Under the pieces are notes generated by a model. It searched no databases, was not told where the DNA came from, and saw only the letters and a program-made list of their open reading frames with translations. A DNA stretch of 11,522 nt, taken from Candidatus Thorarchaeota archaeon SMTZ1-45. Lineage in GTDB: Archaea > Asgardarchaeota > Thorarchaeia > Thorarchaeales > Thorarchaeaceae. The translations under genes and the position numbers were made by a program. The stretch spans positions 1 to 11,522 of the forward strand of contig LRSL01000103.1 in assembly GCA_001563335.1 (NCBI GenBank). The letters run 5' to 3'. Shown one piece after another: positions 1-6,203 of the stretch (positions within the stretch are counted from its first letter, which is position 1; each line of letters opens with the position of its first letter).

Positions 1-3000
1 GACAAATGTTACAGGATTTCCATTTGCATAAGTTATCGTTGCCCCGGTGATTGGAGCTCCTGCATAATCATCTTCGAAAGTTAGTGTAGCTGTGAAATCA
101 AAATCAGCAGGAGTTGCAGTCACACCAGATGCGTCAAGAATTGTGGGATGGTAGAGGTCTACATTGAAGTATTCAGTGGCATTGTTGTAGTATTGATGAT
201 ATGATCGTACTTCTATTCTCCATTGTTTATTATCATCCAGATCGGTTGTGTCTAGTACAGTTCTATAAACTCCAGATCCATAGTCATCAAGAGTGATTAC
301 TGACGGAGCTGTCCAGTTCATTGTTACTGATGCTCCTTCAACACCGGGATTCCCAGCCGCATCATCATCTGTCAGCTCATATTCAACGAACAGAGCATCG
401 CCTACTGTTTTGACTGAAAGTCTATCTCCTACAGCATCTGTTGGTTTGTTAAGTGAAAGTGAAGTGTCATGACGAACAATGAATGTCTTTTCAAAGAGTC
501 CAGTCTTGTTATTCACTGTGGAACCAGTATCATTATAATAGGCAATTGCAGTCCATAGCCCAGCAGGAGCAGAGGAGTCAATTGTCTTTGTAAATGAGTG
601 CTCTGGTGAAGTTCTTTCTTGTTCAACGCCAGGACTTAGGAAAGTACCTGTATTAAATTGGTTTCGGACCTCATTTCTAAGCCACCCATCTGACCGCAAT
701 GTATTCGAAACTCGGAACTCATCAAGTTGCCCATAAAAGTAACCAGAACCAACATGACCCGAATCGTAATCCCCACCACCCAAACGCCATTCTTCAACAT
801 ATGACATGTTAGCAAGTGTAGTACTACCGACCTGTCCAGCATCTGTGTTCCAATTGGTGCCAACCCAAATCTTATTGTTATCAGGATCGTCTTCATCTGC
901 ATAACAGGCAACAAAATACCACTGATTCGCGGCCCACGATACGGTTTGGGTCCACTTATACATTGCATTGTCTGGTGAACTTTCAACTTTGAAAACAAGT
1001 GTACCGTTAGGTACATCTCCTTGGGCATAATCATGACCAACTAAGGCTATGACCATATCATGGTCAATGTCGATAAACTTCTCCATAATCACTCTAGTGG
1101 TGGGTGAATTAAAATTGTGAGCAGTTGGAATTCTGAACCATCCAGTTATCAAAACATCATTTTCAGGTGTCAGTGTTTCATCTATTGATATATAATCACC
1201 AATCCCGTCAAAGTTCTGACCATATCCAGCTCTGGCGAATATATGCTCATTCCCATTTCGAGTCCCATCATAATGATTACCTGATGAATCATAGTGGGTT
1301 GACCCAGAACTCACAGATTCACCTAGGTGCCAAACAGCCTCAAAGTCATTAGACCAAACACCTGCAGAATTCTCCAAATTATCAACGACTGGAGACCCAT
1401 AATACATAGTTATGTAATTATCAACTGACATTGTCAAATTGGTCTTAACCCACGCCACAAGTAATGCTGTGTTCACAGGATAGTTTTGTTCGAAATACTC
1501 AATCTCGTGGTCTAGGATAATATCGCCTGATGCAAAGAGAATGTCTGACGCGTCTGAGCGAACTTTTATAGGGTCGTGTAAATCATCATCTTCAAATTGA
1601 ACTAGAACAGGAAAGTCTGTGACTGACCCATAAATCTCACCAGCAGGTATAGTTATGACTTTTCGATATCTGAAAGAGGGGAACCTGTGAGCAGGGTCTA
1701 TTGATGTCTGATTATAAGACGAGTACCATGTATTTCCATCAGGATCTACTAAGTCTAATCCTACTCGAGCTCCTAGTACAGTAGGAGTTGTCATTGTAAA
1801 GTGTGCAATATCATTAATGTTGAAAGATGGAGCATTGATTTGAATATCTTGTAGATAGTTCCAACTGATGAACTTGAGAGTCCACACACCCCAGAAATCA
1901 ATTGACGACGAGTTGAGCGTCAGTGTTCCAGCTTGATACCACCAAGACTGTGGATCAGTTTTAACCTGTCCAAGAGGATTGATTACCTTGGTTGGTTTCC
2001 ATTCAGCCCGTGGATACTCAACACTGAAACCAAAGGATGTAGCTCCTGCAGGAGGCGATACCATGACTTTGGCAGTCCAGTTAACAATGTTAGCACCACT
2101 CTCAATATAATAGGTAACACCGTTGTTATAGTTCTCGTCAAGTGTCTGGCCAAATCCACTAACATCCATGACAAGGTTGACATCCATTGCGATGGCGGAA
2201 GATGCAGAGGTAGTAAAGATGATCTGAGTTTCACTAGCATCAATCCAAGTATCGGGCATAGCTCTTTGAGTCCCAACTGAATAGAAACTTGAAGGATTGA
2301 CCTGATTGCTGTATTCTGTGTCAATCCACGCCTCAGATCGAACCAATGTTGTCAAACGAGCTTCATCGATTATACCAGCCCAATATCTAAGATTCACAAG
2401 GTCATTGTTGCCTATAACGAACATGGCATCTGAATCGTGGATTGAAGATCCTGTATATGACCTATCAATTATGAGAACGCCATCAAGGTAAGCTAATATT
2501 TCGTGACCTGTTCGTGAGGGGTCCCAAGACCAAGATACGTAGTGCCAAGTGAAGTTCGAAGCTGTTGCTCCGCTGCTATAACTTGCACCAGATGCTTGAG
2601 GATCTGCCCAGACTCTGGTCGTAATATGATTAGTTGGATCAAGTCTTAGTGTCATAATATGTTCAGTGGTAGTTGTTGTTGTCGATTTTGAAAAGACTCT
2701 GGCATCCTTGTCTAAGGTTCGATAGAACCATGCACTCATTGTGAACTGAGTCCATTCATCAGTATCGATTTGTCCAATAGAGATAACATCATTATTTCCA
2801 TCAAAGTCTATCGCAGTTCCAATTTGTCCAGACACAAGGTCACTTGTACCAAGTCCACCATAAGAGGTTCCATCATGATTGTTGTTTGTGCTGTCATAAG
2901 TGGTTCCTATTGGGTCTTGATTGAGGTGATGAACAGTTTCGTAATCGCTCCATACATATGTACCTGAAGGAGAAGGTGCATTCTCACAACCATAGTGCAT

Positions 3001-4866
3001 TGTGAGGACAGTTTCTGTTGAACTTGAAAGGAAGGGAATTTTCACCCATGCGATTAAACGACCTGTCGATTGGTTATAGAGCTCAATCTCGTGTGATACA
3101 GGATTGCCATCCATTGTAAACGCAATATCATTCCCATTAGACAGAACATGATCTCTCAAGTCAGTATCGGTTATGTCAATTAGAACTGGAAAGTTTGTGA
3201 GGTCTGCAGCAACTTTTGTGTAATCGATTGTGATGTCCTTTTGATAATTAAAGAAGAGTACAGTATCCTCAGGTTCCGGTATAACATACTCAACAAATAG
3301 ACGTGCTCTGTCTACACCATCAAAATGACTCGTTCCTTTAAATGAATTCCAGCGCTGAAAGTGACCAGTATTCATAAGGCTCAATATGACGCAGATATAG
3401 TTCCCTTCAGACCAACCCGACCTACTAACGACTTTTTGTATTAACGGACCCATCTCTGGCGACCTATAACGAGTGTCAACTATGGTGAGCCAGGAATTGA
3501 TAGTCCAGTCAATGCTAGTTTCAACAAGAGTGAAAAGGTCCTCAAAATGTGACCCGTCCGCAACAAAGGCGGACACATTATCCTCATCAGCGACATGGAC
3601 ACGCATTCCTGTGATAGGTGTAGCTGAACTTGATGCAGCTTCTACCTCTAAGTAGGCGGAAGTTATGATTGCACCATTTGGGACATCTAATGGGAATTGC
3701 ATACCAGATTCAAAAAGTCCTGCAGGATTCCAGTCAGTGGACCATATTCCCACATCAAGGTGCCCGTCGCTACTGTATCCATCAAGGTCCACACCTGAAG
3801 CAGTGTCATCGTAAGCGTCTCTATTAGCACTGTCAGGAACATAGGGATAGACACTATGTGATGTTGATCCCCAGACAAGAGTGCCATTGGCTTTCAGGTC
3901 AATCTGTTCTGGGAAGGGCCGAACAGTGAAATCAACTTGTATGTCATCGACGTTTACTCTAGCAAAATATGCGGGCCCTGTTCCAGACAAGTCTGATGCA
4001 AGACCAATATCGAATTCAGCTACTCGAGTAGAAAGGTCTGACATTGAAGCAGCTTGAATGGTAGTGGTGGCTGTCAACCAAGTATCAGTTGTGTCACCGG
4101 ACTCGAACACATGAAACTTGGTCGTATGACCTGCGAGTCTAACAAATAGATGAACCTGATCAAACAAATTAGAGGAGGAATAAACATAGTATCTGAAGGT
4201 GATCTCAGCTGAGTAGACTTGTCTCCAAGGCAGTGAAATCATTTGACCAAAATAGACTTCATCATTGGGATTATGCTGGAAACTAGTACCCCAATCAGCA
4301 TCGAATCGGACTCCCCACGTTGAGCCATAGCCAGATGATTGACTAAATAGTTCGTATGCTCCATGATTAGGATGCGGGTCGTTAGTAGTATCATCGTCTT
4401 GTACATTTTTGAAAAGCGTCCATCCGTCTGGAACCAGCACGTTTTCAGCATTTGCAGAAAGGTAACTAACGTCGCTGATAATAATGAACTTCTCGTTGTG
4501 ATAATCATTCAAGTCACCATTCTGAAGGACATCTTCCACAGTCCATGTTAGGGCGTCAATTTGCGCTTGAAGGTCTGAACCAGTCCATCCATCTGTCAAA
4601 GAAACAGAGGTGATTCCAGAGGAGGAGGAATCAAAGACGAGGGTGCCTTGGCCTACATTGGAAACCTGTCCGCCAAGCGTCACTGGAAGAGCAGGTCCAA
4701 CACCAGTAGTACGATCGATACTATCTGCAAGTAGAGCGGTATCTTTCATATATGGTTGGTAGAGATTATTGACTGCAGCCGCAGGGCTATAATCTGATGA
4801 CAAATTTATCATTGGAAATAGAAATAGTGCTACAACTAGTATGCCTATGAGATTTAGTTTCCTCAC
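1..4866 (-). CDS. Giant secreted/cell-surface protein (>=1622 aa, 3' end outside window): signal peptide, DNRLRE/CBM96-like domain, 2x (DUF2341 + LamG-like jelly-roll), MG2-like and Ig-like repeats
   Basis: Hand translation: GTG at 4866-4864, GAGGAGG RBS 8 nt upstream, no stop codon down to base 1. N-terminus MRKLNLIGILVVALFLFPMINLSS is a signal peptide. DUF2341-type motifs YQKDITIDYTKVAADLTNFPVL..GNDIAFT..HEIE..AWVKIP..HYG (~3246-2989) and FRYRKVITI..TDFPVLV..DILF..DHEIE..AWVK..YYG (~1674-1396). LamG-type motifs GTAIDFDG..FTMSAWF..WHYV..YLDG..GIIDEAR..RSEAWIDTEY (~2950-2281) and VWHL..FDG..GWF..WYFVA..GQLDEFRVS..RSDGWL (~1360-640). Ig-like repeats with GVEGASVT..GSGVY and GAPITGATIT (<470). 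Confidence 0.93.
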   Translation of the reverse strand, partial: MRKLNLIGILVVALFLFPMINLSSDYSPAAAVNNLYQPYMKDTALLADSIDRTTGVGPALPVTLGGQVSNVGQGTLVFDSSSSGITSVSLTDGWTGSDLQAQIDALTWTVEDVLQNGDLNDYHNEKFIIISDVSYLSANAENVLVPDGWTLFKNVQDDDTTNDPHPNHGAYELFSQSSGYGSTWGVRFDADWGTSFQHNPNDEVYFGQMISLPWRQVYSAEITFRYYVYSSSNLFDQVHLFVRLAGHTTKFHVFESGDTTDTWLTATTTIQAASMSDLSTRVAEFDIGLASDLSGTGPAYFARVNVDDIQVDFTVRPFPEQIDLKANGTLVWGSTSHSVYPYVPDSANRDAYDDTASGVDLDGYSSDGHLDVGIWSTDWNPAGLFESGMQFPLDVPNGAIITSAYLEVEAASSSATPITGMRVHVADEDNVSAFVADGSHFEDLFTLVETSIDWTINSWLTIVDTRYRSPEMGPLIQKVVSRSGWSEGNYICVILSLMNTGHFQRWNSFKGTSHFDGVDRARLFVEYVIPEPEDTVLFFNYQKDITIDYTKVAADLTNFPVLIDITDTDLRDHVLSNGNDIAFTMDGNPVSHEIELYNQSTGRLIAWVKIPFLSSSTETVLTMHYGCENAPSPSGTYVWSDYETVHHLNQDPIGTTYDSTNNNHDGTSYGGLGTSDLVSGQIGTAIDFDGNNDVISIGQIDTDEWTQFTMSAWFYRTLDKDARVFSKSTTTTTTEHIMTLRLDPTNHITTRVWADPQASGASYSSGATASNFTWHYVSWSWDPSRTGHEILAYLDGVLIIDRSYTGSSIHDSDAMFVIGNNDLVNLRYWAGIIDEARLTTLVRSEAWIDTEYSNQVNPSSFYSVGTQRAMPDTWIDASETQIIFTTSASSAIAMDVNLVMDVSGFGQTLDENYNNGVTYYIESGANIVNWTAKVMVSPPAGATSFGFSVEYPRAEWKPTKVINPLGQVKTDPQSWWYQAGTLTLNSSSIDFWGVWTLKFISWNYLQDIQINAPSFNINDIAHFTMTTPTVLGARVGLDLVDPDGNTWYSSYNQTSIDPAHRFPSFRYRKVITIPAGEIYGSVTDFPVLVQFEDDDLHDPIKVRSDASDILFASGDIILDHEIEYFEQNYPVNTALLVAWVKTNLTMSVDNYITMYYGSPVVDNLENSAGVWSNDFEAVWHLGESVSSGSTHYDSSGNHYDGTRNGNEHIFARAGYGQNFDGIGDYISIDETLTPENDVLITGWFRIPTAHNFNSPTTRVIMEKFIDIDHDMVIALVGHDYAQGDVPNGTLVFKVESSPDNAMYKWTQTVSWAANQWYFVACYADEDDPDNNKIWVGTNWNTDAGQVGSTTLANMSYVEEWRLGGGDYDSGHVGSGYFYGQLDEFRVSNTLRSDGWLRNEVRNQFNTGTFLSPGVEQERTSPEHSFTKTIDSSAPAGLWTAIAYYNDTGSTVNNKTGLFEKTFIVRHDTSLSLNKPTDAVGDRLSVKTVGDALFVEYELTDDDAAGNPGVEGASVTMNWTAPSVITLDDYGSGVYRTVLDTTDLDDNKQWRIEVRSYHQYYNNATEYFNVDLYHPTILDASGVTATPADFDFTATLTFEDDYAGAPITGATITYANGNPVTFV

Positions 4867-4874
4867 AAGGACAT

Positions 4875-4881
4875 CCTCCTC
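4875..4881 (-). promoter_or_regulatory. Shine-Dalgarno site of the giant surface-protein gene
   Basis: Minus strand reads GAGGAGG-ATGTCCTT-GTG AGG AAA CTA; 8-nt spacing to the GTG that begins the signal peptide. Confidence 0.8.
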
Positions 4882-4895
4882 TTATGCTGTCGACC

Positions 4896-4970
4896 AAAAG
4901 TCCAAACTAAATGTACGTCTACATTCTCTCATGTTTAGACTCCAAGCAGTTGTCCTGATGAACTCCAAAC
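4896..4970 (-). promoter_or_regulatory. Putative structured 5' leader with two mutually exclusive hairpins (attenuator/switch-like)
   Basis: Hairpin 1 (4970-4933): GUUUGGAGUUCA/UGGAGUCUAAAC, 11 of 12 positions paired, plus inner CAG-GACAA-CUG. Hairpin 2 (4942-4898): GAGUCUAAAC/GUUUGGACUU, 10 bp, with inner AAUGUA-GACG-UACAUU, ending in UUUU (4899-4896). Both use 4942-4933. Pairing found by eye; no folding energies computed. Confidence 0.4.
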
Positions 4971-4992
4971 TATAAGAAGTTGTTCGGGGGGG

Positions 4993-4998
4993 ATTAAA
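4993..4998 (-). promoter_or_regulatory. Candidate TATA box for the giant gene
   Basis: Minus-strand CGGAA-TTTAAT. Typical archaeal TATA-to-TSS spacing would put the start near 4970, at the 5' base of hairpin 1. CTTATA at 4976-4971 is an alternative. Confidence 0.3.
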
Positions 4999-5043
4999 TT
5001 CCGTATGAGAGTAACTTTGTCGTTTTTTCGAATGATGGATGAC

Positions 5044-5727
5044 TTAAGTAAGATAGGCATTGTATCCCATGAATTTATATCCCAGACGATCTTTGAGGTC
5101 CTCCAAGACTTCAAAGAGTCTGTTGGTTCGATAGTCAAGTGGATGAATACCGATTTGAAGAGAACCCCCTAGTTCAATCTCAATCAATGATGTTTCGATA
5201 TTTAGAGTCCTTTTTCCCTCACTGACAATTCGCTCTGCTGTGGTGAAGATTGTGTCATCTGAAAAACGATGTATACTGTTCCCATTGACACAGAAACCAA
5301 GGCCAAGTTCTTTGACGGCTTTAACTACCTTGGGTGGCGATTCCCAGGAAGGTGGTATGAAACCACTCGGTTTCAACCCAAATCCTTTCTTTAGTATTGA
5401 AACTCCATCTTTGAGGCGAGATGTCACCTTTGTGTGGACAAGTCCATTGAATTCCTGTAATGAGCCAGATTTTGAAAAGTGAGAAAATCCATGCATTGCC
5501 ATCTCGAGGTCAAGTGATTTGAGGAACTTTACGAAGATGCTATCTTCTGATATCTTGTTGGTTTTCTTTAGACCATAGAATGGTGTGACTAGCAATGTCA
5601 GCTTTGTTATGTCTAGATCTGAAAGTCGGTCATACGTCTTGACAATGTCGTCTTCGTAAATGGGTGATATATCATGAATTGAGAGAAGTACTGTCATGTC
5701 TTCTACAGTTTCAACTCTCTTTGGCAA
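5044..5727 (-). CDS. DUF2334 family / NodB-like (CE4-fold) polysaccharide deacetylase-like protein
   Basis: 227 aa; motifs LSIHDISP, LLVTP, MHGFSH, EF, GFIPPSW and GIHP are typical of DUF2334/NodB-like deacetylases. TTG start preceded by a GGTGAT RBS (5738-5733). No signal peptide seen. Confidence 0.8.
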   Translation of the reverse strand: MPKRVETVEDMTVLLSIHDISPIYEDDIVKTYDRLSDLDITKLTLLVTPFYGLKKTNKISEDSIFVKFLKSLDLEMAMHGFSHFSKSGSLQEFNGLVHTKVTSRLKDGVSILKKGFGLKPSGFIPPSWESPPKVVKAVKELGLGFCVNGNSIHRFSDDTIFTTAERIVSEGKRTLNIETSLIEIELGGSLQIGIHPLDYRTNRLFEVLEDLKDRLGYKFMGYNAYLT

Positions 5728-5753
5728 TACTAATCACCGATGTTTGGGATTGA

Positions 5754-5769
5754 ACACAATATTATGTGT
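5754..5769. promoter_or_regulatory. Inverted repeat ACACA-ATATTA-TGTGT upstream of the deacetylase gene (possible operator)
   Basis: 5-bp arms with a 6-nt AT spacer, in the 76-bp histone/deacetylase gap, downstream (minus strand) of a TATAAG at 5790-5785. Confidence 0.25.
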
Positions 5770-5803
5770 ATGCCACCTTGAAAACTTATACGTCGAATCA
5801 GAA

Positions 5804-6034
5804 CTACCGATTCCATTGTTTGTAAGCTAGATCAATGTCTTTGTCTGTAATTGTCTTCCTTCCAGTATGTTCGGTTATTTCAAACGCCCTTCGCGCAAGA
5901 GTTTCTCCTACCTCTTCTAGAATCTGTGCAAGCTTTTCAGCACCTTTATCACTCACTCGTCCGGCTCCAGCTTTTCTGATGAGACGGTCGATTGGGGCTA
6001 CCGGGATGATGCGTTCTTTTCTTGATCGCGGCAC
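5804..6034 (-). CDS. Archaeal histone (HMfA/HMfB family histone fold) with short basic N-terminal extension
   Basis: 76 aa; IPVAPIDRLIRKAGAGRVSDKGAEKLAQILEE..TEHTGRKTITDKDIDLA aligns without gaps to HMfB [49 protein letters not shown]. GTG start with GAGGTG RBS at 6050-6045. Confidence 0.96.
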   Translation of the reverse strand: MPRSRKERIIPVAPIDRLIRKAGAGRVSDKGAEKLAQILEEVGETLARRAFEITEHTGRKTITDKDIDLAYKQWNR

Positions 6035-6053
6035 GACCTTTTTACACCTCTAA

Positions 6054-6066
6054 CTGCAATTTGCAG
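6054..6066. promoter_or_regulatory. Perfect inverted repeat CTGCAA-N-TTGCAG between the histone TATA box and RBS (possible regulator site)
   Basis: ctgcaa (6054-6059), t, ttgcag (6061-6066); lies 3 nt downstream (minus strand) of TATATAA. Confidence 0.4.
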
Positions 6067-6069
6067 CCG

Positions 6070-6084
6070 TTATATACCGTTTTC
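6070..6084 (-). promoter_or_regulatory. BRE/TATA promoter of the histone gene
   Basis: Minus strand GAAAACGG-TATATAA (TATA at 6076-6070), about 35 nt upstream of the GTG start; purine-rich BRE-like element directly upstream. Confidence 0.6.
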
Positions 6085-6203
6085 TAGACCCAATTTCTTT
6101 AAGAACTTTGTATTACCGGAAAGAATTCTTCGAATGTTCAAAGGTTGAATATCGGGATTTCTTATCGGTTTTCAGGGAGGAAGGACAATTATAGGATGAC
6201 ATG

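Noticed and set aside
2665-2682. Six-Thr run inside the first LamG domain as a slippage repeat
   Set aside because: Mixed codons and in frame; it looks like an ordinary surface loop.
640-3246. The two DUF2341+LamG copies as a recent duplication or a diversity-generating retroelement TR/VR pair
   Set aside because: The copies are highly diverged even at protein level; I saw no near-identical nucleotide repeat with adenine-specific differences and no reverse transcriptase in the window.
636-4551. Ten short ORFs in the track between 636 and 4551 (both strands)
   Set aside because: All overlap the giant minus-strand gene in other frames or antisense and show no recognisable motifs; they are shadow ORFs.
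4901-4972. TCCAAACTA direct repeats as a degenerate CRISPR array
   Set aside because: Only 9 bp and two exact copies, with no regular spacer period and no cas genes.
4935-5138. 67-aa minus-strand ORF as a possible leader peptide for the attenuator-like structure
   Set aside because: It starts inside the deacetylase gene in another frame, with no RBS and no amino-acid-run signature. Its stop does fall within the shared hairpin strand, but that alone is insufficient support.
5044-6034. Idea that the deacetylase next to the histone is a histone deacetylase
   Set aside because: Its motifs are NodB/CE4-type, not HDAC (arginase fold) or sirtuin; adjacency is the only support.
6121-6130. Perfect palindrome AAGAATTCTT between thiI and the histone promoter
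   Set aside because: Short and AT-rich, so expected by chance; no positional argument for function.
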